DNA of 64,000 nucleotides from Candidatus Obscuribacteraceae bacterium (GCA_044226015.1 JBGAHS010000003.1:640001-704000), one strand, 5' to 3'; shown: positions 49,114 to 59,600, counted from the stretch's first letter. The notes: a model not told the origin generated them from the letters alone. Made by a program: numbers and translations.

Positions 49114-49677
49114 ATGACTTCGGACGAAGCCAAGAAAGTCGTTATCAACTTCTTCAAGACCCTCCTCCTCGTCGACATCGGCTGGGCGGCAATTCTCGCC
49201 ACCCTTCAATCGCTGATTCTCGGTCAGGCGGGTGTCTCCATCGGCGCCAGCGGCGTCGCCACCACCGTCGCGGTCGGCACCAGCTGGATCATGACGTTCG
49301 TCCTCGGACTCTTCCAGGGCGCGCTGCTCCTGTTCTTCATCATGCTCATCTGGGGCGGCTGGTTCTACTTCTACCGCCTCGTGACGCACACGCTCGACCG
49401 CGGCGCGCAGCAAGCCATCGCCATGGTCTTCCTCGGCGTGGGCGCGCTTGACGTGCTCTGGGGCGTCCTCCAGGGTCTCTACTCCGCCGCGATCGTCGCG
49501 GGCATCGGCTCGGCCCCTGCGGTCAGCGCCAGCATGCCTGTTCTGATTTCGGCCTCGGTGCTGAGCTTCATCGTGTCGTTCGGCATCGGGCTCTTCTTCG
49601 CCGCCGTCGCCTTGACCGTTCTCGCGGCCTTCGGCATCGTCGGCATGATCATCTGGAGCTGGTTCACCAAGAAGTGA
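49114..49677 (+). CDS. Polytopic membrane protein
   Basis: Highly hydrophobic, about 5 TM segments; GGAG RBS. Confidence 0.8.
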   Translation: MTSDEAKKVVINFFKTLLLVDIGWAAILATLQSLILGQAGVSIGASGVATTVAVGTSWIMTFVLGLFQGALLLFFIMLIWGGWFYFYRLVTHTLDRGAQQAIAMVFLGVGALDVLWGVLQGLYSAAIVAGIGSAPAVSASMPVLISASVLSFIVSFGIGLFFAAVALTVLAAFGIVGMIIWSWFTKK

Positions 49678-50287
49678 ACTGAGGTCTGATGGCTGAACCA
49701 GAGAGGGTTGGGAACTAGCTCCCGACCCTCTCTGGATTTTGCAAACGGAAAAGGAGAAATTGGTGCTAAGCCAAGAACCCTTGGTACATCATATTTTTCC
49801 GCCCTACTGCTACAAGTATTAGTAGAATGCCAAAAAGGGGAAAACGGCAAAAAACTTCGCTCGAAAAATGCCACCATTATCGATACCAGCCATAACGATG
49901 ACAGAGTCGCTAAAACTCAAATTTGAAGTAACCCAGCACACGCTTCGATAGCTGCGCAAGCAAAGACAAAAAATGAGTTTCAGATCAGCTGCCACGTCGG
50001 GTAGCGCCGAAGCTAGCATCATCAGGCGCCAATGTAAGCATGCAGGCTGGGCGGCTTTTAAATCTTAAAGAGAACTTAGACCACAGCCTCCGCGGGCAGT
50101 TGCAGACTCAGCATCATGTCTGTTAGGTGTACTGCACCTACCCGTAACAGCAAACAACAGTTCGAAAAACACCAAGCAAGCCCACTTCGCATCAATGATT
50201 TTTTGAGAACCAGCAAATTCATTTGCTCAGTTCGAATTGCCTGTCTGCTGCATCTCACTGGCTTCTAACTTAACAACGGAGCTCCCT

Positions 50288-51604
50288 ATGGAACGCATAA
50301 CAGCGATCTTCGGGATGCTGACTATACTTGCTGTTTGTGTGCTCATTTCCGAGTCACAATCAAACATGCAAGAAACGTCGCGTCTCAAACGTTTCTTCAA
50401 GAGAGTTCAGGATGGCTTCCGCAGCGTCAATTGGCGACTTGTATGCACTGGAATCGCATGCAATTTCGTCCTTGCTGCAGTCATGCTGAAAGTGCCAGGA
50501 ACCAGCGATGCCGTCATGAGCATCGGCACTGGCATCGCCAAAATGATCGACTTCGCAATGGAAGGTGCAGTTTTTGTTCTCGGCGACACTCTCGTCCATG
50601 GCAAATTCTTCAAGCCCGGACAGGAAGTCGCTCAGCAAGAATTCATCTTCGCAATCAGAATCGGCTTCTCAATCATCTTCGTCTCAGGGCTGGTTTCAAT
50701 CGCCTATTACTTCGGGCTGCTGCAGCGCGTTGTGAAGCTATTCGCTCGCTTCTTGATGAAGTCTCTCGGACTTTCTGGTCCAGAGTCGCTCTCCTGCGCA
50801 GCGGCAGCGTTTGTCGGACAGGTCGAATGCCAGCTCTTGATCAAGCCCTACATGCCCAAGTTGACCCGGTCTGAGCTCTTCACTTCGATGACTGCGGCCA
50901 TGGCCACAACTGCCGGCTCGGCACTCGTAGTGTACGTGAGCATGGGAATGCCGGCGAACTTCCTGATAACCGCATCGCTGATGTCCGCACTCAACGGCAT
51001 CATTCTGGCGAAGATTGTTTGCCCCGAGAAAGAGCCTCACAAGCTCATTCGTGACTCGAACATCGAACTGTCAGTCGACGGCGTAAACGTCTTCGACGCA
51101 GCATCACACGGCGTAATGAGCGGCGCAGATATCGCGGTCAAAGTAATCACCATGGTGGCATTCGCAATCGGCTTCATGGCGATGGTCAACTTCGGCCTCG
51201 AGAAAGTTCTTGCATCGGTTGGCATTCATGCCACGGTCCAAGACATTCTAGCCTACCCGTTCATGCCAGTTGCATGGCTCATCGGCGTGCCCTGGCACGA
51301 GTGCTTCCACGTCGGCAGGCTCATGGCGACCGAACTGGTCTTCAACGAAGTCGTGTCTTACGGAGAACTCGCTCCTGTCATTCACGGCGCTGGACCATAC
51401 CTGCTTGCAGCGAAAACGCAGCTCATCGCTTCTGTAGCGCTCTGCGGCTTCGCGCACCTCGGCTCCATTGGTATCAACATTGGTGGCTTGGGTGCAATGG
51501 CTCCAGAACGCCGTGCCGAAATCGCAGGGATGGCATTCAAATCCATGATGGTCGCTAACATGGCCACCTGGTTGAGTGCTGCAATCTGCGGAATTCTTTA
51601 CTAA
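50288..51604 (+). CDS. nupC: Concentrative nucleoside transporter (NupC/CNT family)
   Basis: ESL..AA.AFVGQ.E, L.IKPY, SELF..MT..MAT.AGS, NEVVSY, ALCGFA..GSIGI.IGG. Confidence 0.93.
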   Translation: MERITAIFGMLTILAVCVLISESQSNMQETSRLKRFFKRVQDGFRSVNWRLVCTGIACNFVLAAVMLKVPGTSDAVMSIGTGIAKMIDFAMEGAVFVLGDTLVHGKFFKPGQEVAQQEFIFAIRIGFSIIFVSGLVSIAYYFGLLQRVVKLFARFLMKSLGLSGPESLSCAAAAFVGQVECQLLIKPYMPKLTRSELFTSMTAAMATTAGSALVVYVSMGMPANFLITASLMSALNGIILAKIVCPEKEPHKLIRDSNIELSVDGVNVFDAASHGVMSGADIAVKVITMVAFAIGFMAMVNFGLEKVLASVGIHATVQDILAYPFMPVAWLIGVPWHECFHVGRLMATELVFNEVVSYGELAPVIHGAGPYLLAAKTQLIASVALCGFAHLGSIGINIGGLGAMAPERRAEIAGMAFKSMMVANMATWLSAAICGILY

Positions 51605-51783
51605 GTCCGCATTTAACACCGAGAGCGCGTCTCTGGGCTCGCTCTCGGTTATGACCCCATGCTGCCACCTCCTCGTGGTGGGGTCGGAAATCATCTCCAC
51701 AGAAGAGATGAGCTAAGTGAAAGGTCAGGTGACCTTTCAAGCGCAGCCCAGAAAACTCTCAACACAACAGACAAAGGTAAAAC

Positions 51784-52077
51784 ATGAACACCCTGATCTT
51801 CACTCTCGTTGCGGCAAGCCTCGCTTCAGCAGCCAGCTACGCTCTCAGCGCCTGGTTCTGGAACACCGAGTATTCACGCACGAATCACAGTGGTGATGGC
51901 GGCGGACCTGCCGGCGGCGTCTGGTGCACCTTCGGCGGAACGGCCGCATCTCTCATCCTGCTGGCTAAATTCTGGCCCTCTTACATTCCTGCGGACCACG
52001 CAATCTGGGTGCTTGGGCTTGTAGCAGCTAGCTCTTTCATCGCAGGGTTCGTGCCCCTCTTCCGCAACAAGCGCTGA
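51784..52077 (+). CDS. Small 3-TM membrane protein
   Basis: AAGGT RBS; hydrophobic segments. Confidence 0.7.
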   Translation: MNTLIFTLVAASLASAASYALSAWFWNTEYSRTNHSGDGGGPAGGVWCTFGGTAASLILLAKFWPSYIPADHAIWVLGLVAASSFIAGFVPLFRNKR

Positions 52078-52622
52078 GCCCCATAAGGCTGAAAGCGCCT
52101 TAAGTTGAACTCGACGAGGGAATGGTATGGCAAATCTCTTGCCTATCATTCCCTCCTTCTTTCGTTCTTTTCGCTTTTCCAAACACTACTACGCCTGATA
52201 GCAGACCATAACACAACTCGAAAACTCAAGGATCAAGAGCGAAGCTGGGCGTACAAAGATCTGCAAAAGCGCTTGAATGACTAATTGAGATCCTTCTCAT
52301 TGTTCTGCAAATTCATGACACCAGGCACGGTGCAAATAAAGCATTCCTTAAGCTTTGAAAGACTTATACTTAGCGTTTCTTCAGTTTTTGCATTTGGCGG
52401 ATACTTTCTTGCGACAGAGGGATAAAGTTTATCCCGCCCTGGGGGTAGGGCATGCAGGGCTGCGCCAGGCTGCTTTAAATGAAAATACGCACAGCTACCA
52501 CACAGCCAGTGGATATAGGGGGCTCGTGTGTAAGAGGATATGGCGTCCATTTTTCATTACTCAGATACAGGAGCGAACCACCGAAACCCCCAAGCAACTG
52601 AAGTTCACGAAAGGAACAGCGA

Positions 52623-53132
52623 GTGCCTGAAATTCTTCTGTCTCTCATTCTCTCATCATCGCTTCTATTGCTCGTCGTCACAGCGCAGCTCTACACCGTC
52701 TTCGAACCGTACATAGCATATCGGCGAAGGACTGCTGATGCTGTCGAGCTCATCATGTACCACTCACAGGACAAGAAGTTGCACATCATCGCTGAATGGT
52801 GGGCAGCTCGTCTTTCGACTCCTGCAACGGCATGGTACGAAGAGGAAAACGATGACGCTCGCGCCCTCAAAGAATCAATTCTGGAAGGTCTCGTGCGTCA
52901 TCGATTTTTGTTCGGCGACGACCCCGTGAAACTTGAGTACGGAACTCGAGTTTCGCCTCTGCTGACTCGCGCTCTGATGCAGGTGCAGGCAGCGATGCCC
53001 GAGCTTGCTAAAGTCAACAGAGTAATGAGCGTGAAACCAAATGTGGTGACTGTCGATGGCAACATCTGCATCTGGCGAGGTCGACCACGTGAGTACAAGT
53101 CGCGCTTTTGCGACTTCTATCCAGAACCATAA
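52623..53132 (+). CDS. Hypothetical membrane-anchored protein
   Basis: GTG start after AAGGA; N-terminal TM. Confidence 0.65.
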   Translation: MPEILLSLILSSSLLLLVVTAQLYTVFEPYIAYRRRTADAVELIMYHSQDKKLHIIAEWWAARLSTPATAWYEEENDDARALKESILEGLVRHRFLFGDDPVKLEYGTRVSPLLTRALMQVQAAMPELAKVNRVMSVKPNVVTVDGNICIWRGRPREYKSRFCDFYPEP

Positions 53133-53159
53133 CAACAAGAATCCCGAAAGGATAGCATC

Positions 53160-53735
53160 ATGCATGACATGCACATGATGATGGGCGCAGCCTGCTGCTC
53201 ATCAGGACATTCCACCGAATGGATGTCTTATCTTGGACTCTTCCTCTCGATGCTGTTCGGAGCATTCCATGCTTCGCGCATGTTCCAGAAGACGTGCCGC
53301 CAGGGTGAAGACGCTTGCCACCTGTTCATGTATGCCGGCATGGCCTACATGTTCATTCCCAACCCTGAGCTTCACGTCATCCCCGGCTCGCTCTGGGCTC
53401 TGGCGTTCAGCATCACGGCGCTTCTTTCCGTCACCAAGATGTATCGCACTCAAAACGCTTCCACTAGCGGCGTCCTGCATACGCTCATGAACCTCGCCAT
53501 GGCCAGCATGTTCGTCGTGCTGCCAGGTGCAGAATTCACCAACACGCTCTGGAACGTGTTCTACGGCGTTTACATCGGCTTCTACGCGATCAAATTCTTC
53601 TCGCCCCAAGCTGCCATGGAAGGTGGCACCGGCGATCGCTTCAACCCTGCACTCGTCTACAACGTTTCCAACATCGTCATGGCAGCTCTGATGCTCGCTA
53701 TGACTCTCACCCCCATGTGCATGCACATGGGCTAA
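53160..53735 (+). CDS. Met/His-rich polytopic membrane protein (DUF5134-like)
   Basis: MHDMHMMM start, HLFM..GMAYM, HTLM.LAM..M, ends PMCMHMG. Confidence 0.7.
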   Translation: MHDMHMMMGAACCSSGHSTEWMSYLGLFLSMLFGAFHASRMFQKTCRQGEDACHLFMYAGMAYMFIPNPELHVIPGSLWALAFSITALLSVTKMYRTQNASTSGVLHTLMNLAMASMFVVLPGAEFTNTLWNVFYGVYIGFYAIKFFSPQAAMEGGTGDRFNPALVYNVSNIVMAALMLAMTLTPMCMHMG

Positions 53736-53770
53736 TTCAATCGCAAGCACAAAAAGAAAGGAAGAAACTC

Positions 53771-53956
53771 ATGCTCACAACCATCGCAACTCTGGCTTTC
53801 GGTGCCCTTTTCGGCATCGTCCTCGCGAAGAAGACCGCGGCTTGCTGCAGCACGCCCGACGGACAGAAGTTCAAGTTCGCGAACTTCTTCTCTGGCGGCT
53901 GCAAGTGCAAGTCATCTCCCGGCTCGCCTTGCCGCTGCGGTGACTGCAGCTGCTGA
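53771..53956 (+). CDS. Membrane-anchored Cys-rich peptide (metallothionein-like)
   Basis: TM segment followed by CC, CKC, CRC, CSC (8 Cys in 61 aa). Confidence 0.65.
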   Translation: MLTTIATLAFGALFGIVLAKKTAACCSTPDGQKFKFANFFSGGCKCKSSPGSPCRCGDCSC

Positions 53957-54041
53957 TGCGGCTGAATGAATAAAGCCAAGCAGTCTCGCTTCATAGCAGG
54001 CGAGACTGCTTTTTCGCAAGAACTCAGGAAGGATTCCTCAG

Positions 54042-54506
54042 ATGACTGACAACACCGACACCACATCCGATACCAAGACTCTCGCTCAACTCATCGAGTT
54101 CGCTCGAGAGTCAGGTCGCCACATTCGCGCTCAAGCTACCAGGACGGGCTATGCCAGCATCGTCGAGATGGAGCAGCGTGAAGGCGACGCCGGCATGTGT
54201 GCCATTCGCGCGCAGGCTACGATTGCCCAGGTGCCGCTTCTGGTAGCACGGGCGATCGCCTGCTCGTGGGAGCAGCAGATCGAGGTTCCTGTCATGGTGC
54301 TGAACCAGGCGGACTTTCCCGGTCCGAGCTGTCGTTCGCCGCACACCATGGCGCCCTCCATGCTGACTCCGTCGCAACTCGGCTCGGCCGGCAAGGTGGT
54401 CTTCGACTATCTGGCCGCTGAGGGCATGGAGCCGCGCCTCAAGTACGTCTATGACGGCATGACGCGGACCTTCACCCTGCAGATCGCAATTCCGATCAGC
54501 TTCTGA
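54042..54506 (+). CDS. Hypothetical protein
   Basis: AAGGA RBS; biased codon usage; followed by a terminator. Confidence 0.75.
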   Translation: MTDNTDTTSDTKTLAQLIEFARESGRHIRAQATRTGYASIVEMEQREGDAGMCAIRAQATIAQVPLLVARAIACSWEQQIEVPVMVLNQADFPGPSCRSPHTMAPSMLTPSQLGSAGKVVFDYLAAEGMEPRLKYVYDGMTRTFTLQIAIPISF

Positions 54507-54511
54507 TTTCC

Positions 54512-54563
54512 TGGAAGAAGGCGGCTCTCACGAGTCGCCTTCTTCCTCTTCTTTTTTACTTTT
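54512..54563 (+). terminator. Intrinsic terminator
   Basis: GGAAGAAGGCGGCT...AGTCGCCTTCTTCC stem with a T tail. Confidence 0.7.
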
Positions 54564-55175
54564 AAACCGCTTTTTGAAACCCGGTTTACGCTGTACGCAC
54601 GCTTTTTTGTATCAGTTGTCTTCGGTTCGACAAAAGTTGCTGCTACCACCAATAACACCATAACCTCACAGCAGCGATTACCAGAAATGGTACGCAAAAC
54701 TGTCACCTCAGCAGCAAACATTAACCAGTAAGGCACTGGGAAATTCCACCAACTTTTCCATTTTAAAGTGCCGCAAAGATCTGTAATCTTGTAAACAACT
54801 GCTTATTACCTATTTGCTAATCAGAGCAAGAAAAAACCGAAAACGGCTTAATACCATACGTCACGCCCAAGTGTTCGATATGCCATGTGCAAGCTGGGCC
54901 AGGAATACTTAGGCTACAAAAAAACTAAGAGCCGCAGCATATACCGCATAAAGTCACGCTTTCCGGTGCCGCCAGAGCGCAGCTGCATTTGACTGAGGCA
55001 ACGCAATCATAATAAACCATGACTGTCTCTCTCATTTCGTTCAGCATCAGGTCCCTCCAAACAGACCGTCCTACCACAAAAAACGAAGCGACCTCATGCC
55101 TACGCCGTGTGAGAGATAGACAGCCATGTTCGCGTTCGGACAGTTCAACCCCCAACTCCGCAACAGGAGAGCACT

Positions 55176-55259
55176 ATGCCCAACAACAACCAGACCACCG
55201 TCCTCATCTACATCGCGCTGATGTTCCTCTTCATCTTCGCGATGTCCGGTCACCACTGA
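55176..55259 (+). CDS. 27-aa single-TM peptide, copy 1
   Basis: MPNNNQTTVLIYIALMFLFIFAMSGHH*; AGGAGA RBS. Confidence 0.75.
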   Translation: MPNNNQTTVLIYIALMFLFIFAMSGHH

Positions 55260-55320
55260 CCGCCGGCCACTCGCAATTCGGCGAGCAGTCCATCCACCCG
55301 CTCCGCAACAGGAGAGCACT

Positions 55321-55404
55321 ATGCCCAACGGCAATCAGGTCTACGTCCTCATCTACATCGCCATGATGTTCCTCTTCATCTTCGCGATGTCCGGTCACCA
55401 CTGA
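55321..55404 (+). CDS. 27-aa single-TM peptide, copy 2
   Basis: MPNGNQVYVLIYIAMMFLFIFAMSGHH*; AGGAGA RBS. Confidence 0.75.
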   Translation: MPNGNQVYVLIYIAMMFLFIFAMSGHH

Positions 55405-55469
55405 CCGCCGGCCCGCTCGCAATTCGGCGAGCTAGCCACCATCCACCCACTCCGCAACAGGAGATCACC

Positions 55470-55553
55470 ATGCCCAACGGCAACCAGGTCTACGTCCTCA
55501 TCTACATCGCCATGATGTTCCTCTTCATCTTCGCGATGTCCGGTCACCACTGA
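55470..55553 (+). CDS. 27-aa single-TM peptide, copy 3
   Basis: Same peptide as copy 2 with a synonymous AAT/AAC change; AGGAGA RBS. Confidence 0.75.
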   Translation: MPNGNQVYVLIYIAMMFLFIFAMSGHH

Positions 55554-56435
55554 CCGTCGACAGACTACTCAGTCTTCATTGACTGAGTGAGGATTCTTCC
55601 TGTTCACGTTTCAACCAGACCGGGATGAAGCGGAAAGGGTGCTTAACAGCACCCTTTCTTGCTTCCGAGCGTTAGTGTCTTTATGAATCAGTAAACCGTC
55701 GCTGAGATTTTACATTTTTTTCGCCACTTTTTTGTCCTTTTCGCCGCTGTTTGGTACCATGCGGCGCCATGAGGATCGTATTTCCAAGGCAAATAAAGTC
55801 GACGGCCAATTTCATTGAGCCAGTCCAATTTCTTTTTGCATTTTAAATCGCAAATTGGCGAGTACTGTTTTTGAATTTACTCTGTTCCAAACCACGCATA
55901 GCATGCCGACTCATTCTCTATTCCGGAATAGACAGCTGCATATAAACAAGCTGATTGCCAAATCAACCAACAGCAAATTTAGCAGTCAGAACTACAATTA
56001 CCCACAGTTGTCTGCAAGAGGATCCACACCCTAGCAAGGCCCTGCTAAGCAACGAAATGTGACAATGCTTCTATTCGTTGAATGCGCATTGCACCAGCGC
56101 GCAAGACGCCTTAGGGTAATAATAACCTTTCACTGTACGTAGCACTCCCGAATTTTCCAGAAACAACGACCTGATATCACAAACCAGCACATTGATGTGA
56201 CAACACCACATCTGGTATCAGTCGTCTGGCGTGCAGGAGGAAGGCTTGAGTCATACCCGCACGACCGGCATGTCCGCTCGATGACGGCACTTTGGCGCAA
56301 ATAGCAGTTAAACGCGACAGGCTTCGGCTTGCCGCTAAACAGGGCTATTTGCGATGCTGCGTTTGAAAGAGCAAATACAGACAGTCCTGCTTGGCACCAG
56401 AAAGACCTGTCGCTTCAAATGCGAAGGGTCTAAAA

Positions 56436-57119
56436 ATGTCTAAGCAGTGCCACAGCAATTCCAAGAAGGTCTTCACCGTTTACCTGGCTGGTGACCTTTG
56501 GACTCACAAGGATCTCGTTGGAAACGCGATTCTTGCGGAATACATCAACAAAGTCTCTCGCGGTCGATACCAGTGCGTCCTTCCTCAGGATCTCGAAGAG
56601 CCCGTCCACAGAACGGTTGACATCAGGAATGTCGACTTGAAACACGTCCTCACTTCGGACATGGCTATCTTCAATTTCGACGGCTCCTATCTTGATTCAG
56701 GAACGGTCGTAGAGTTCATCTACGCCAAGATGCTCGACATTCCGTCGGTGATTTTGCGCACCGATTTCAGAGCATCAGGTGAAGGTAGCAAGGACCAGGA
56801 CCCCTGGAACCTGATGGCCTCTAACTGGCCTCGCGCCAAAGTTTTGTGCCTGCATGGCATGGCCGAGTACCAGAAGGTCAGAAAGGCGGGTCCCCTTGCA
56901 AAAACGTTGAAGCTTCTCTACACAAGCCTTGCCAAAAATCTCATCGAAAAGCTCGATGAAGCTCGTGCCGAAACGCCTCTTATTGCTGACCCCAGGAAGA
57001 TGGCTATGATCTACGATTGGGCTGTGAACTGCCCCGGCGCAGGCTACAGCGACCTTTTCGAAGGTGAACAAATTGAGACGATCCTGAAAGACAAGTCCAA
57101 GAAAGGCTTGCTCGCCTGA
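56436..57119 (+). CDS. Nucleoside 2-deoxyribosyltransferase family protein
   Basis: VYLAG, LPQD, D...V..SD..IFNFDG..LDSGTVVE, RTDFR, WNLM. Confidence 0.85.
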   Translation: MSKQCHSNSKKVFTVYLAGDLWTHKDLVGNAILAEYINKVSRGRYQCVLPQDLEEPVHRTVDIRNVDLKHVLTSDMAIFNFDGSYLDSGTVVEFIYAKMLDIPSVILRTDFRASGEGSKDQDPWNLMASNWPRAKVLCLHGMAEYQKVRKAGPLAKTLKLLYTSLAKNLIEKLDEARAETPLIADPRKMAMIYDWAVNCPGAGYSDLFEGEQIETILKDKSKKGLLA

Positions 57120-57192
57120 CGTGGACATCACTAAAGGAAATGAACAGGGGGCGGTGATACTCACCGCTCCCACAAAGATAAAGAGAACGCCT

Positions 57193-58020
57193 ATGCTTGA
57201 AAAAAGCACATGCCCCCCGCTGCCATCAGCTCTCGTCCATGACAGCTGGGGTGCTTACCTGCAGCGCACTTCAGTCTCAGACGCAGGCGACCCCCAACAG
57301 AGGGAAGATCTGAAGAGCTGCTGGTTTCGCCTGAACCGAATTCTGCCGCCCAACGATCGACTGTTCAGGCAGCTTCATGCCGCTTGCGAAGCCACTCAAC
57401 TCATCGATGGGTTGCCACGCCACGACGCAGAAATCAGCGAAGAAGATATCGCGCGGATCGCTGCCATCCATTTCCTTCGGGAAACTCCGCATGCTGTGTT
57501 TTCAGTTGCGCAAGAGCTGAAACACATCAACGAATGTGCGGCACGCGCAGTCACCAAGATTACAGGTGTTTTGCGTGGTCAGAAGAAGGCGCTTCTGTCT
57601 GATCGCCTGACTCGGCTGTCCGACGAAATCGAAGAGCTCGAGGCGCTGTTCAAAGCAGAACAGGCGGAACAAGCCATTCTTCCGCGCCAGCCCTATCAGC
57701 TGCGACAGCTCATTTTGGCAGAGCTGGTGATTAGCATCGAAGCGATGCTGAGTGAGCTGACTCCGCTCCGGCAGGCTCTGCATGGCAGTAGCTATGCGCT
57801 TGGCGAGACGATTCGCTGCCACGAAGCAAGGTTGTTTTGGTGGCGGCGCAAAATCAAGAAGCTCCGCGACAATCCCAGTCAACGCCAGACCGCAACTCTT
57901 CTGGCAGCGAAGGAAGAACTTACAGTGATTTGCCGGGACTTCGCGGCTCTGAAAGATCGCTGTTTCCACGACTGCAAAGAATTCGGATACGCGTTCTTCG
58001 ACCGCGGCGGCCCAAGGTGA
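57193..58020 (+). CDS. Hypothetical helical protein
   Basis: Long ORF followed by a hairpin; start uncertain (57121 GTG or 57193 ATG). Confidence 0.65.
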   Translation: MLEKSTCPPLPSALVHDSWGAYLQRTSVSDAGDPQQREDLKSCWFRLNRILPPNDRLFRQLHAACEATQLIDGLPRHDAEISEEDIARIAAIHFLRETPHAVFSVAQELKHINECAARAVTKITGVLRGQKKALLSDRLTRLSDEIEELEALFKAEQAEQAILPRQPYQLRQLILAELVISIEAMLSELTPLRQALHGSSYALGETIRCHEARLFWWRRKIKKLRDNPSQRQTATLLAAKEELTVICRDFAALKDRCFHDCKEFGYAFFDRGGPR

Positions 58021-58681
58021 GCAGCAAGAAAGAATGTGGAGCGAGGCAACTCGTTCCGCATTCTTTCTGCCATCTCCTGCCCTTTTGGCATTTTAAATCT
58101 ACCTTTTGCAATTTCATGCCACTAAAGCACCAAATTCTGGTACTCAAATCAGCTACAAAAGCGAGAACTCAACACTTCAATCGAAGCCAGAGAATTTCAC
58201 AGCACTTTTTGACTTTTAAAATACAAAAAGCCAGGCAAATTTACGCCCTGTTTAAAGTCCACCTTACACAGTCACAAGCGGTATTTGCCAAATTCTTCCT
58301 CAAGCTTATCCCTCTCACTCACTTCGGCTATGGCTCCTGCCGTGCAGGCTGTCAGGGCGCAAATCGTGAGCACAGCCAATCGATTAAGCATTTTCAAAAT
58401 CCTCTAGTAGTAAGATTCCTTGTTTGCAAAATTTGCCTGAACACTCTAACAGCTGAATAGTTGCCCTAAAAATCATCGCGACTTTTTGCATTTTAAAAGT
58501 CAAAAAGTACAAAAGTAAGTTGGAAAAAGGCATTTAAAAGTCAAAAAGCGGCATGAAGCAAGAATGCTCCACACCGCTCTTAGATAGCAAATCACCCAGG
58601 AGGGTGCGACTGATGATTCAGTGCACCACTCCTGGATGACCGCTAGTCAGGCGAGCCAGTTCAGGCGCCGGCGAAGAAGGG

Positions 58682-59407
58682 TTACTTCTTCTCCGACTCC
58701 TTCTTCAGCTCGTCGAGCGCGTCCTGACCTTCCTTCTTCTTCTTCTCTTCCTCGAGGCGGTCCTTGGCGCTGTCCTTGTCCATGTCGCGCTTGGCGCGCT
58801 CCTTCTCCAGCTCTTCGTCGATCTGCTTGTCGGCGTCGGCGAAGCCGCCCATGCCGTCCTGGATCTCCTTCAGCTGGTCGCGGACCTCGTTCTCGATGCG
58901 CAGCGCCGCCGTCAGCTCGACCTTGCCTTCGTTGGTCTGGATCTGGTCGGCAGCCTTGGACAGCAGCTCCGCCGTCGAAGCCAGCGCCTTGCGCGATTCC
59001 TCGGCCGACGCGTTGAACTCGGCGACGGTCTTCTTGTAGTTCTCGACCTTCGCGGCGGCGGCCTTCCAGTCGCGGGCGAGCGACTGCTGGTCGGCCTCGC
59101 TCATGTTCATCTTGACGGCGTCGAGCGCGCGCTGCTTGGCGGCGTCGGAAGCTTCCTGCAGCTTGTCGAGCTGCTTCTTCGCTTCGACCGACTTGGCGAT
59201 GGACGACGCGACCGAGTCACGCTGCTTCTTCGAGAGCGCCACGAGCTGGGCGTACTGCTGCTTCTGCTTCTCCAGCGGCGTGGTCGAGCCCTTCACGAGC
59301 TTGTTCCACCAGATGCTGATCGCATCGCGGGTCGGCTTGTGGAAAACGGCAACGCCCACGGCGAGAGCAGCGGCGCCAGCGATGATGAGGTTCGTGTCGA
59401 TGACCAT
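58682..59407 (-). CDS. PspA/IM30-like coiled-coil protein with an N-terminal hydrophobic anchor, copy 1
   Basis: 241 aa; P-L-E..., VA..IA, RA..A, LAR, GF...., C-terminal DALDELK pattern typical of PspA; AAGGAG RBS. Confidence 0.8.
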   Translation of the reverse strand: MVIDTNLIIAGAAALAVGVAVFHKPTRDAISIWWNKLVKGSTTPLEKQKQQYAQLVALSKKQRDSVASSIAKSVEAKKQLDKLQEASDAAKQRALDAVKMNMSEADQQSLARDWKAAAAKVENYKKTVAEFNASAEESRKALASTAELLSKAADQIQTNEGKVELTAALRIENEVRDQLKEIQDGMGGFADADKQIDEELEKERAKRDMDKDSAKDRLEEEKKKKEGQDALDELKKESEKK

Positions 59408-59419
59408 ACGTATTCTCCT

Positions 59420-59600
59420 TCGTGCAGTGTTCTGCAAAAATTGATGCCCGAATTTGTTGAGCGCGTGAGCAAGGTCCGCGCTGTAAGCAGGAACGGCACA
59501 AGCACCCGGCGGAAGCCGAGCGACTCATGCCACTACAAATGGTGTCGTTCCATCTGCAGTAGAAACCTCTCCGTAAGGAGAAAAGGTTTCTGCCGCAGAC
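59420..59600 (-). promoter_or_regulatory. Conserved structured leader upstream of PspA-like copy 1
   Basis: Stem sequences shared with 60432..60656 while the loops differ. Confidence 0.5.

Larger units (their letters stand above)
55155..55558 (+). repeat. Tandem repeat, 3 copies of about 145-149 bp, each encoding a 27-aa peptide
   Basis: Repeated unit CTCCGCAACAGGAGA..ATGCCCAAC...GGTCACCACTGACCG. Confidence 0.95.

Noticed and set aside
55155..55558. Tandem repeat considered as a CRISPR array
   Set aside because: Units are about 145 bp and nearly identical throughout, with no unique spacers and no cas genes; each unit encodes a peptide
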